This document shows positions 50,169 through 59,181 of a stretch of DNA of 64,000 nt, piece by piece. Made by a program: the position numbers and the translations under genes. Under the pieces are notes generated by a model. That model saw nothing but the letters and a program-made list of their open reading frames with translations. It did not search any database and had not been told where the DNA came from. Source of the DNA: Dehalococcoidia bacterium (GTDB taxonomy: Bacteria > Chloroflexota > Dehalococcoidia > GIF9 > UBA5629). The first letter of the stretch is position 1. Each line of letters begins with the position of its first letter. The DNA lies in the NCBI GenBank assembly GCA_041653995.1, contig JBAZEK010000001.1, forward strand, positions 107,474 to 171,473, given 5' to 3'.

Positions 50169-50261
50169 ATTCGTAGGGGCGTACCTTCAGGTGCGCCCGA
50201 GTTAATATGCCTGTTGATATCCGATTACTATTCGGGCGGGGTTAAAAACCAACCACAACAT

Positions 50262-52331
50262 TCATTCTTTCTGCGCCGCGCTCTTATATTGGGCGATGAT
50301 CTTCTGGGCGACAAGGGCGGGCACGGGCTCGTAGTGGCTGAACTCGATGGTAAAAGTGCCCCTGCCCTGCGTCATGGAGCGCAGGTCGATGGCATACCTG
50401 AGTATCTCTGACTGCGGGGCTTGCGCCTGGATAACATTAAGGCCGTGGCTGGGATTCATTCCGCTGACCCGGGCGCGCTTGGTGTTCAGATCGCCGATGA
50501 TGTCGCCGGTAAAGGAATCGGGCACCGTAACGGTGATGTTCATAATCGGCTCGAGCAGTACCGGCGAACCGTCCAGCATTCCCTTCTTGAAAGCCTGGGC
50601 AGAGGCGATTTTAAAGGCCATTTCCGATGAATCAACCGGATGGAAGCTGCCGTCGTAGAGCGTGACCTTCATGTCCACGGCCGGGAACCCGGCCAGCACG
50701 CCCTCGATTCGCGCCTCCTTGATGCCTTTTTCGACGGCCGGGATGTAGTTCCTGGGCACTGAGCCGCCCACTACCTTTGAGTCGAATTCGAAACCACCAC
50801 TCGGTGGCAACGGTTCCATCCTTATAAGGACATGCCCGTACTGGCCGTGACCGCCGGTCTGCTTCTTATGTTTAAATTCAGCTTCCACGGGCGTTGTAAT
50901 CGTTTCCTTGTAGGGTACCCTGGGTACATCGAGCAGTACTTCCACGGCGAATTTGCGCTGCAGCCTGCTGGCCGCGATCTCCAGATGTGTGTCTCCCATG
51001 CCGCCCAGCGTGAGTTCACCGGTATCGGCTTCCCGCTGTGACCTCAGGCTGGGGTCCTCCTCGCAGATCCTGGCCAGGCCGGAGCTCATCTTGTCCAGGT
51101 CCGCCTTGGATTTGGGATGCACGGCCTTGCTCAGTATTGGCGACGGGAAGTTGATTGGAGCTAATTTGAGGGGATGTTCTTTGACGCCGAGGGTGTCGCT
51201 CGATGCGGTATTGGTTAGCTTGACCACCAGGCCGATGTCACCTGTACCCACCTGGGTGACAGTTTCCTGGGTCTTGCCATGCGGCATCGAAACCTGTCCG
51301 ATACGCTCGACCGCGCCCTTGTTCACGTTCCATACTTGCGAGTTGCTGGAGAGCACTCCGGAGTAGACACGGAAAAAGCTGACCTTTCCCACGTGCGGGT
51401 CGGTGGTCGTTTTGAATACCAGGGCGGTCAGTGTTGATTCGGCAGCCGGCTTGACCTCCTCCTCTTTGCCTGCAGCGTTGGTTGCTTTGAAAGCGCCTGC
51501 TGCGATGGGAGACGGCAGGTATTCTACGATAGCATCCAGCAGGCCGATGACGCCGTTGTTGGCCAGGCTGGAGCCTGCCAGAACCGGGATGACCGTGCCC
51601 TGTAAAGTAGATGCTTTAAGACATTTATATATCTCATCGGTGGTGATCTCACCGCCGTCGAGATAGCGCGTCATAATCTCGTCGTCGGCCTCCACTACGG
51701 CCTCGATCAGCTTCTCCCTGGCGGCATCCACCTCGGCCGCCATGGCCGCGGGCAACTCCATTTCTTTGGCCGGCGCTCCCGCATAGGCCTTTTTAGCTAT
51801 GATATCTATGACGCCTTTAAAGGCCTTTTGCGAACCGATAGGGATCTGGATGGGCAGGCACCTGGCGCTCAGTTTATTCTGGATCTGCTCCAGCGTGCCC
51901 GCGAAATTGGCGTTCTCACGGTCCATTTTGTTTATAAAAATAAGGCGCGGTATCCTGGCTTCCAGGGCATAGTTCCATACCTGCTCGGTGCCCACCTCCA
52001 CGCCCGAGGCCGCACAGACCACCACTACGGCAGACTCGCATACGCGCAGGGCCGATTTAACCTCGCCCACGAAATCGGGATAACCGGGTGTGTCGATTAT
52101 GTTGATCTTGTTGTTCTTCCAGGGGGCAGGCAGTATGCTGAGGTTGAGGCTGATCTGGTGTTTGATCTCATCAGGGTCGTAATCTGAAGCGGTAGTGCCG
52201 TCGGCAACATTGCCCATGCGGCTGATGGCGCCTGCATCGAAGAGGATGGCCTCGGCCAGGGAGGTTTTTCCCGAGCCGGAGTGAGAGAGGAGGGCTACAT
52301 TGCGGATTTTATCAGGGCCAGGCTGCTGCAT
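50262..52331 (-). CDS. elongation factor G paralog (EF-G2-like)
   Basis: It is a 689-aa translational GTPase with G1 SHSGSGKTS (not AHIDAGKTT) and G3 DTPGYPDF. It stands alone, not in a str operon. Confidence 0.9.
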   Translation of the reverse strand: MQQPGPDKIRNVALLSHSGSGKTSLAEAILFDAGAISRMGNVADGTTASDYDPDEIKHQISLNLSILPAPWKNNKINIIDTPGYPDFVGEVKSALRVCESAVVVVCAASGVEVGTEQVWNYALEARIPRLIFINKMDRENANFAGTLEQIQNKLSARCLPIQIPIGSQKAFKGVIDIIAKKAYAGAPAKEMELPAAMAAEVDAAREKLIEAVVEADDEIMTRYLDGGEITTDEIYKCLKASTLQGTVIPVLAGSSLANNGVIGLLDAIVEYLPSPIAAGAFKATNAAGKEEEVKPAAESTLTALVFKTTTDPHVGKVSFFRVYSGVLSSNSQVWNVNKGAVERIGQVSMPHGKTQETVTQVGTGDIGLVVKLTNTASSDTLGVKEHPLKLAPINFPSPILSKAVHPKSKADLDKMSSGLARICEEDPSLRSQREADTGELTLGGMGDTHLEIAASRLQRKFAVEVLLDVPRVPYKETITTPVEAEFKHKKQTGGHGQYGHVLIRMEPLPPSGGFEFDSKVVGGSVPRNYIPAVEKGIKEARIEGVLAGFPAVDMKVTLYDGSFHPVDSSEMAFKIASAQAFKKGMLDGSPVLLEPIMNITVTVPDSFTGDIIGDLNTKRARVSGMNPSHGLNVIQAQAPQSEILRYAIDLRSMTQGRGTFTIEFSHYEPVPALVAQKIIAQYKSAAQKE

Positions 52332-52763
52332 ATAAATACCTCGATTCTCGTAAAATTTTGAAAGGAATACCAGGGGGCATTTTAGCAGCGTATGAGTGTA
52401 AACGTCAAGGTTGTTGACGTGTGATCAAAGCTAACGCGGTTCACATCCTGACAGCAGGATTAAAACGGTCGAAATCAATTGGACTGTATGACATGCTATA
52501 GAGTAGCAGGAATCACCGACGTCGTTTGCATCGAACGTTGCACGCCGCATTAATGGGTAGGAGGTATCGGCAATGAGGAAGTTGTTATAAATCGCACTGG
52601 TCCAGTTGATCTTGATCGTGATGGCAGTGCCCGGATGCCGGCTACTAATACAGCGCTTCCTCCGCCTCCGCCGCTCCAGCCATACATAACCGGAGCTTCC
52701 GCTCGCGGACAATATTTGAAAACTGGTCATCAAACCGGAAAGCTTTTTGCTCACAGACAGTCA

Positions 52764-52772
52764 TGCTATAAT
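52764..52772 (+). promoter_or_regulatory. extended -10 element (TGCTATAAT) upstream of the TetR gene
   Basis: TGCTATAAT lies 43 nt upstream of the ATG at 52816. Confidence 0.4.
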
Positions 52773-52815
52773 GAATATTATTCAATAACATCGCTTGTTT
52801 TGAGATGATTTAGTT

Positions 52816-53460
52816 ATGAATCTAAGAGCAAGAACCCTTGAAGCCAAACAGCAAAAAAGGCAGAAGATTCTTGAGGCAGCCAAGGAGCTTTTCTTCAATA
52901 ATGGCTACTACGGCACTTCTATCGAGATGATCACTGAGAAAGCTGGTGTAAGTACGGGGACTTTTTACCTGTACTATACGAACAAAGTAGAGATCTACAA
53001 GGCCCTGCAAAATGAAGGCCTTGATATTCTTGTCGATAAGATTACGAAGGTTATATCGTGGCCTGGCATGAGTTCCCTTGCGAAACTCTCAGAGATCGCA
53101 CGGACTTATTTTAATTACTATAATGAGCATAGGGAATATTTTGACATAATATCCATATTGAGTGCCATACCGGATGAGCTCAAGGAAACGCAAACAGAAA
53201 TCGGCAGGGTCATAGACAATAAGGCATATAATTTATTAAAGGTGATTGAAGGTGTGTTGAAAGAAGGTATAGAAAATGGTGAATTCATCTCGATGGATAC
53301 GTGGAAAGCAACAAATGCGTTCTGGGGCTTGATGGATGGCCTTATTCTACTCGACGAACGGAATAATACACGGAACGTAATTGGGATTGGTCTGGAAGAT
53401 TTGATTAAACAGGCACTCGAAATGGCATTCTATGGTATAGTGAAGCAGAGACCTGTATGA
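52816..53460 (+). CDS. TetR/AcrR family transcriptional regulator
   Basis: The N-terminal HTH is ILEAAKELFFNNGYYGTSIEMITEKAGVSTGTFYLYYTNK. The length is 214 aa. Confidence 0.9.
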   Translation: MNLRARTLEAKQQKRQKILEAAKELFFNNGYYGTSIEMITEKAGVSTGTFYLYYTNKVEIYKALQNEGLDILVDKITKVISWPGMSSLAKLSEIARTYFNYYNEHREYFDIISILSAIPDELKETQTEIGRVIDNKAYNLLKVIEGVLKEGIENGEFISMDTWKATNAFWGLMDGLILLDERNNTRNVIGIGLEDLIKQALEMAFYGIVKQRPV

Positions 53461-53770
53461 AAGTTTAAAAATAGCATAATTTGGTCGTGATTTCCTGAAA
53501 TGTGTTAATAAGCAGGATTTCATGTGACAACTGAGAGTTCGCCGGTAACAAAATTCTTGTCAGATTGCAATATATCAAACATTTTTTATTGGCCAGTCTA
53601 TTACTATCAAAGTAAGGTCCTATACTTCTCCCATTAAGACAGATCTGCTGCAGACTGTTTGAGTTTTCGTTTTTCTTCCCCCAGAACTATAACCGTCTCA
53701 CCCCATCCGCATCTCCATCCCACGTACCCCCTCTAACGCAAAAAGTTTGCTCTACGGAGTTTAAAAATAT

Positions 53771-53799
53771 TTGACAATTGAACCAGATTCAGTTATAAA
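53771..53799 (+). promoter_or_regulatory. near-consensus sigma70-type promoter of the GRE operon
   Basis: TTGACA (53771-53776), an exactly 17-nt spacer, then TATAAA (53794-53799). It lies about 97 nt upstream of the GRE1 ATG. Confidence 0.55.
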
Positions 53800-53811
53800 T
53801 ATAGCCGAGGT

Positions 53812-53825
53812 TAGAACCGGTTATA
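53812..53825. promoter_or_regulatory. 14-bp imperfect palindrome, candidate repressor operator
   Basis: TAGAACC|GGTTATA is self-complementary at 12 of 14 positions and lies just downstream of the predicted start site. ATAACCGG recurs at 52686-52693 upstream of the tetR promoter. Confidence 0.3.
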
Positions 53826-53895
53826 TTTTGCAGGAAGATGATTAAGAGAGTGCCCAAGACCGCGATTCAACAATAATTAAAAGGGGATAGCAGGA

Positions 53896-56475
53896 ATGAA
53901 TATAGCAGATCAGGCCAGGGAGAGGATAAAGAGAATTCATAAGTGCTATCTGAAGGATATTTCGGTTATCTCCATCCAGCGGGCTAGGTACTATACTGAA
54001 AAATGGCGTGAGACTGAAAACAGCACGCTTTCGCCGGCTGTGAGAGTGGCACTTGCCGTGAAACATGTCTATGAAAACATGGACATCTGTATCCATAGGG
54101 ATGACAGGATTGCCGGCACCTGGACCGAGAATTACCTGGGCATACCGATCGATATTGAACGTGGTCTGTTTAATAAGGTAATGGAGATCGAACTCGACCG
54201 GCCTTCCATGATCCGATACCTTGTAAAGACAAACCTCAGTTTCTTTATCTACATGTTCAGGAAATATGGGATTCTGAATCTCTATCGAAACCTGAAACAT
54301 ATCCAGGCAGTCGGTGCCGCCATGCCCAGCATCGGCACCAAGCCCGTGGATAAGCGCAATATCAATCCCTATTCGATCCGGCCTAAAGACCGGAAGATAC
54401 TGCAGAAAGAATTATTGCCTTACTGGGAGGGAAAGACCATTGTCGATGTGTTCAGGAAAGAGCTCGAATCTTCAAATATATATAAAGGAGATATGCTCAG
54501 TTTTGCTATAGCCCTTCCTTCAACCACTTCACGAAACGACACCATTATCTCGCCGGGTGCTGGAATCGGTAACTGGCAGGGACATGTGATTCTCGACCAT
54601 GAGAAATACCTGCGACACGGTCTTATCGGTATGCGCTCTGCAGTTCAGGGATTAATTAAACAGAACGGAAACCTCAGCCCCGATGAACGCGCATTCCTTG
54701 ATTCCATTGATATCGTTCTTGAGGGAGTGATGATCTATGCTCGCAGGTTAACGGAAAAACTGAAGCAGGAACTGGAGCGTGAGAATAATCCGGAACAAAA
54801 GCAGATACTCTCAGAAATGCTGGAGATCTGTGAGCACGTACCTCTGAACCCAGCACGCACCTTCCGCGAGGCAACGCAGTCGTACTGGACCGTGAAGACA
54901 GCAGTCGCGCTTGCCATTCCATTCAATGTTCACACGCCCGGCAGGCTTGACCAAATCCTTTTTCCATATTACCGCGATGATATAGCGGAAGGTCGTATCA
55001 CCAGGGACGAAGCCTGTTGGCTGTTACAGGAGCTGTTCCTGAAGGTTATGAGCCACAATATGCGGCCATATTCCAATTTTACCGCCTACTTCGCCAGCCG
55101 TTACGAAGGCTCGGAACCGGTGACGCTCGGCGGGCAAACCGTGAACGGGGAGGATTTATGCAACGAGCTAACCCATGTAATACTGGATGCCGCAGAACAG
55201 TCCAAGGTTGTGCTGAATTTTGCGGTTCGCTTTAACAGGAATACCCCTGACGAGTTATACATGAGGTTAGCCGATATGTACTATAACGGCTACTCAAGTG
55301 TTTCTATGCTGAATGATGATGTCTGTCTCAAGGCCATGGAGAAACGGGGATTTCCTCAAGAGGACGCCAGAGAGTATGCCATGGGAAGTTGTGTTGACCT
55401 GTGCGTGCCCGGCAAGATGGGCAGTATGTCGTATTCCGCATTGCTGCTCTGTCGTACCTTGGATATTACGTTGAGAAATGGGGATGCCCGTACTCTTGTG
55501 GGCACGGTGGCAAACGTCGGGCTCAAAACCGGCGAACCGGAGGGGTTTTCTTCTTTCGGTGAGTTCGTTGATGCATATGTCAGGCAGGCTGCTTTCCAGA
55601 TTGAGAAGATTGCAGAGGCGTCCTGCATCAGAGACCGGCTATATGCCAAATATCTTCCTGCCCCGCATATCTCGGCATTCATCCAGGGATGTCTGGAAAA
55701 GAAGAAGGATGTCACCCGTGGTGGCGGCATCTATGATCTTGAGGGTATCCTCTACATGAGTAGCATCGCCAATGTGGTTGACTCGCTCTATGTGATCAAG
55801 AAACTCATCTTTGAACGGCGGGAGTTTACTTTCAAAGAACTGCTGAGTGCCATCGATAACAACTTTACCGGCTATGAGCATATCCATCGCATGATCCAGG
55901 GAGTGGAGGGTAAATGGGGCAATGGCAATCCCGAATCGGACGACTTTGCCAGGGACCTTACCACCCGTTTGTTCACTGAGACATTCAAATACCGCACCTA
56001 CAAAGGGGGATTCATAGCTCCATTTGTCAACAGTATGACCTCACATACCTATGACGGGCGCATCTGTATAGCAACTGCCGATGGCAGGAAAGGCGGCAAA
56101 CCGTTTGCCTCGAGCTGCAATCCTTACAATGTGGACAAGCACGGGCCGACAGGAGTGCTTCGCTCGGTTGCCACAATGGATTTCACCAACGTGCTCGGGG
56201 TTGCGGTTAATCTCCGAATGCACCCCTCAGCGATCGGTAAAGATACGGAAAGCAGAAAGAAGTGGATATCCTTGGTCAAGACATACTTCGGTATGGGCGG
56301 CGAACAGCTTCAGCCCACCGTGGTCTCTACAGAGGTGCTGAGGGCGGCCCAGAAGAATCCCGAGAACTACATGGATGTGGTTGTAAAGGTCGGTGGCTAC
56401 AGTGCTTGCTTCGTGGATCTCGGGTATGAGATCCAGGAGGAGATTATTTCTAGATCAGAGCACAAAATGGTGTAG
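53896..56475 (+). CDS. glycyl-radical enzyme, PFL2/glycerol-dehydratase-like superfamily, divergent (GRE1)
   Basis: 859 aa. The N-terminal block is ISIQRARYYTEKWRETE. The Cys loop is GSCVDLCVPGK (Cys499). The C-terminal glycyl motif is VVKVGGYSACFVDLGYEIQEEIISR (Gly834). Confidence 0.9.
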   Translation: MNIADQARERIKRIHKCYLKDISVISIQRARYYTEKWRETENSTLSPAVRVALAVKHVYENMDICIHRDDRIAGTWTENYLGIPIDIERGLFNKVMEIELDRPSMIRYLVKTNLSFFIYMFRKYGILNLYRNLKHIQAVGAAMPSIGTKPVDKRNINPYSIRPKDRKILQKELLPYWEGKTIVDVFRKELESSNIYKGDMLSFAIALPSTTSRNDTIISPGAGIGNWQGHVILDHEKYLRHGLIGMRSAVQGLIKQNGNLSPDERAFLDSIDIVLEGVMIYARRLTEKLKQELERENNPEQKQILSEMLEICEHVPLNPARTFREATQSYWTVKTAVALAIPFNVHTPGRLDQILFPYYRDDIAEGRITRDEACWLLQELFLKVMSHNMRPYSNFTAYFASRYEGSEPVTLGGQTVNGEDLCNELTHVILDAAEQSKVVLNFAVRFNRNTPDELYMRLADMYYNGYSSVSMLNDDVCLKAMEKRGFPQEDAREYAMGSCVDLCVPGKMGSMSYSALLLCRTLDITLRNGDARTLVGTVANVGLKTGEPEGFSSFGEFVDAYVRQAAFQIEKIAEASCIRDRLYAKYLPAPHISAFIQGCLEKKKDVTRGGGIYDLEGILYMSSIANVVDSLYVIKKLIFERREFTFKELLSAIDNNFTGYEHIHRMIQGVEGKWGNGNPESDDFARDLTTRLFTETFKYRTYKGGFIAPFVNSMTSHTYDGRICIATADGRKGGKPFASSCNPYNVDKHGPTGVLRSVATMDFTNVLGVAVNLRMHPSAIGKDTESRKKWISLVKTYFGMGGEQLQPTVVSTEVLRAAQKNPENYMDVVVKVGGYSACFVDLGYEIQEEIISRSEHKMV

Positions 56476-56480
56476 AGGAT

Positions 56481-56510
56481 ATGGCTTCAGGGATTGTATT
56501 CGACATTTAG
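56481..56510 (+). pseudogene. decayed 5' stub of a GRE-activase gene
   Basis: The ATG lies 5 nt after the GRE1 stop and encodes MASGIVFDI*. The functional activase starts MKGLVFDIQ, 8 nt after the GRE2 stop. A weaker resemblance may extend to about 56546. Confidence 0.45.
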
Positions 56511-56596
56511 GTGGTGGAGCTTAGTAGTATTGGTGGTATTGTCAGGTAATTCGGGGTAATAATGGCAGGGATGATAATAGTCATAGGAGACATTAG

Positions 56597-59173
56597 ATGT
56601 ATATGAAGGATAAGGCGTCGGAACGCATCAAACGAATTCGCCGCAGGTACCTTGAGGATATGCCCGGCATCTCCATTGAACGTGCGCGATATTATACGGA
56701 AAAGTGGCGTGAAACAGAGAAGAGCAACTTTTCGCCGGGAGTGCGGGTAGCCCTCTCCATGAAAAATGTATATGAGAAAATGCGTATAAATCTGGATCCT
56801 GACGACAGGATCTGCGGTACGTGGACAGAGTATTATCTGGGGATTCCTATTGATATCGAACGGGGTCTTTTCAATGAGACATTAAAGATTGAGCTGGGCA
56901 GACTCTCGATGGCGGGGCACCTGGCTAGATCAAACCTGAGATTTATCGGAAGCATGATAAGGCGCTACGGTTTATTGACCCTTTACAGGAATATGAAACA
57001 TACGGCGGATGTGGGCGTGGCGATGCCGAGTATCGGATTAAGTCCAATGTACAGCCGCAAAATAAATCCCTACAGGATAACATCAGGTGATAAAAAAGAA
57101 CTCCACAACAAGCTTTTCCCTTATTGGAAGGGGAAAACCATTGCCGATCTTCTTAAAACAGCTCTGGAGAGTTCAAACGTTTATACCGGAGATATCCTGA
57201 GCTTTTCGGCAGCGCTTCCATCCACTACGTCCAGGAATGACACGATCATCTCAACCGGGTCTGCAATAGGCACCTGGCAGGGACATTTGATTCTGGACCA
57301 TGAGACGCCGCTGAAGAAGGGACTGCTGGGGATGCATGAAGAAATAAGAGAACGACTGAATAGCAAAGACTTAACATCAGATCAACGTGAATTTCTGAAA
57401 TCAATTGACATTGCTTTAGAAGGGGTCATTATTTACGCCCGAAGGCTAGTGGAAACGATATTGCGAGAGCTTGAACAGAACAAGGATCCCCAAAGAGGCA
57501 GATTATTGCAGCGGCAACTTGAAATATGTAAGAGAGTTCCACTGTACCCGCCGCAGAGCTTTAGTGAGGCCGTCCAATCGTATTGGACGATAAAAACCGC
57601 GGTCGAACTTTCGATGCCATTCAACGTGCACGCACCTGGGAGGTTGGACCAATTGTTTTACCCATATTACGTCAAGGATATGGAAGAGGGTAAGATCAGC
57701 AGGGAAGAAGCACGTGAATTACTTGAAGAGCTCTTTCTCAAAGTCATGAGCCATAATATGAGGCCGTATTCCAATTTCATCAGCTATTTCACCCAGCGAT
57801 ACGAAGGGTCTGAGCCTGTAACAATGGGAGGACTTACCGCCAACGCGAAGGATGCCACTAACGATCTAACGTATGTGATGCTGGAAGCCGCAGCAGATTC
57901 AAAGGCAGCGCTGAATTTCGTTGTCCGACTGCATAAGAATTCCCCCCCGGAGCTTTTTAGGAAGGTTGCCGAGCTTCACCATGAGGGTATCTCCAGCATA
58001 TCAGTCATGAATGATGAAGTGAGTATCAAAGCCCTGGAAAAGCGCGGTTTTTCGCGCGAGGATGCGCTTGGCTATGCTATTACCGGTTGTGTTGACATGG
58101 TGGCCCCGGGCAAAACCGGTGGAGAGGCATTCTGCGCATTATTATTAAGCCGGATTCTCGACATGACTCTTCGCAATGGCGATTCGCAGACCGTGATAGG
58201 CATGGTTGAAGGCATCGGACTTAAGACAGGAAATCCTGATACTTTTATAACCTTCGATCAACTGGTCGATGCATTTGTAGAACAAACAGCCTTTCAGATT
58301 AAAAAGCTCGTTGAGGCAACATATATACGAGACAGTCTGTATGCTGAACACCTTCCTGCGCCTTATATCTCGGCTTTCATGGGTGGATGTTTGGACCATG
58401 GCAGGGATATAACGGCCGGCGGTGCAGTATATGACCTTGAAGGCATTCTATTTATGAACAGCATAGCAAACGTCGTTGACTCGCTCTTCGTGATGAAAAA
58501 ACTTATCTTTGAACAAAAGCGGTTTACGTTTAAAGATCTTTTAAATGCCGTCGATAAGAACTTTGTGGGATATGAGAATATCTATCAATGGATAAACGAA
58601 GTGGACGGCAAATGGGGCAACGGGAATCCGGAGTCGGACTCTATAGCACACGATGTGACAAAGCGTATTTTCGAAGAGACTTTCCACTACCATACGTATA
58701 AAGGAGGTTTTTATGCCCCCTTTGTCAACAGTATGACTACGCATACATATGACGGTCGCATTTCAACTGCCACTCCTGATGGCAGGAAGGCCGCAAAGCC
58801 ATATGCAGCCAGCTGTAATCCTTACAACGTGGAAAAATGCGGTATCACCGGTGTGCTGCGATCGGTGGCTGCTATCGATTTTTCCAATGTCATGGGTTGT
58901 GCAGTAAATATCAGATTGCACCCATCCTCCATCGGCCAAACAGAGGAGGCAAGGAAGAAATGGATCGATCTATTGAAAACGTATTTCCGATTGGGGGGCG
59001 AACAGCTTCAGCCGACAGTGGTTTCAACTGAGGTGCTTAAAGCGGCGCAGAAGGATAGGGAGAATTACAGGAATGTCATTGTGAAGGTCGGCGGTTACAG
59101 TGCATATTTTGTAGACCTTGGATATGAAATACAGAATGAAATCATCGAGAGGACTGAACACAGGGGAGTTTAA
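56597..59173 (+). CDS. glycyl-radical enzyme, paralog of GRE1 (GRE2)
   Basis: 858 aa, colinear with GRE1 at roughly 60% identity by eye. The Cys loop is TGCVDMVAPGK (Cys498). The glycyl motif is IVKVGGYSAYFVDLGYEIQNEIIER (Gly833). Confidence 0.9.
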   Translation: MYMKDKASERIKRIRRRYLEDMPGISIERARYYTEKWRETEKSNFSPGVRVALSMKNVYEKMRINLDPDDRICGTWTEYYLGIPIDIERGLFNETLKIELGRLSMAGHLARSNLRFIGSMIRRYGLLTLYRNMKHTADVGVAMPSIGLSPMYSRKINPYRITSGDKKELHNKLFPYWKGKTIADLLKTALESSNVYTGDILSFSAALPSTTSRNDTIISTGSAIGTWQGHLILDHETPLKKGLLGMHEEIRERLNSKDLTSDQREFLKSIDIALEGVIIYARRLVETILRELEQNKDPQRGRLLQRQLEICKRVPLYPPQSFSEAVQSYWTIKTAVELSMPFNVHAPGRLDQLFYPYYVKDMEEGKISREEARELLEELFLKVMSHNMRPYSNFISYFTQRYEGSEPVTMGGLTANAKDATNDLTYVMLEAAADSKAALNFVVRLHKNSPPELFRKVAELHHEGISSISVMNDEVSIKALEKRGFSREDALGYAITGCVDMVAPGKTGGEAFCALLLSRILDMTLRNGDSQTVIGMVEGIGLKTGNPDTFITFDQLVDAFVEQTAFQIKKLVEATYIRDSLYAEHLPAPYISAFMGGCLDHGRDITAGGAVYDLEGILFMNSIANVVDSLFVMKKLIFEQKRFTFKDLLNAVDKNFVGYENIYQWINEVDGKWGNGNPESDSIAHDVTKRIFEETFHYHTYKGGFYAPFVNSMTTHTYDGRISTATPDGRKAAKPYAASCNPYNVEKCGITGVLRSVAAIDFSNVMGCAVNIRLHPSSIGQTEEARKKWIDLLKTYFRLGGEQLQPTVVSTEVLKAAQKDRENYRNVIVKVGGYSAYFVDLGYEIQNEIIERTEHRGV

Positions 59174-59181
59174 GATACTTC

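Noticed and set aside
50176-50198. The GC-rich hairpin GGGGCGTACCT-TC-AGGTGCGCCC between the terminator and the EF-G paralog. It resembles a second widespread repeat type that translates as GAPxxAP-like strings.
   Set aside because: Only a single copy is present in the window and the 2-nt loop is sterically poor. It cannot be distinguished from chance or from a second minor terminator element.
52431-52754. The 107-aa minus-strand ORF in the 480-nt gap between the EF-G paralog and the TetR gene.
   Set aside because: Its GTG start overlaps the predicted tetR promoter. It has no ribosome-binding site and contains an odd RRRRRKR run, with no recognisable motif. The gap is better described as unassigned island-border DNA, though a degenerate gene remnant cannot be excluded.
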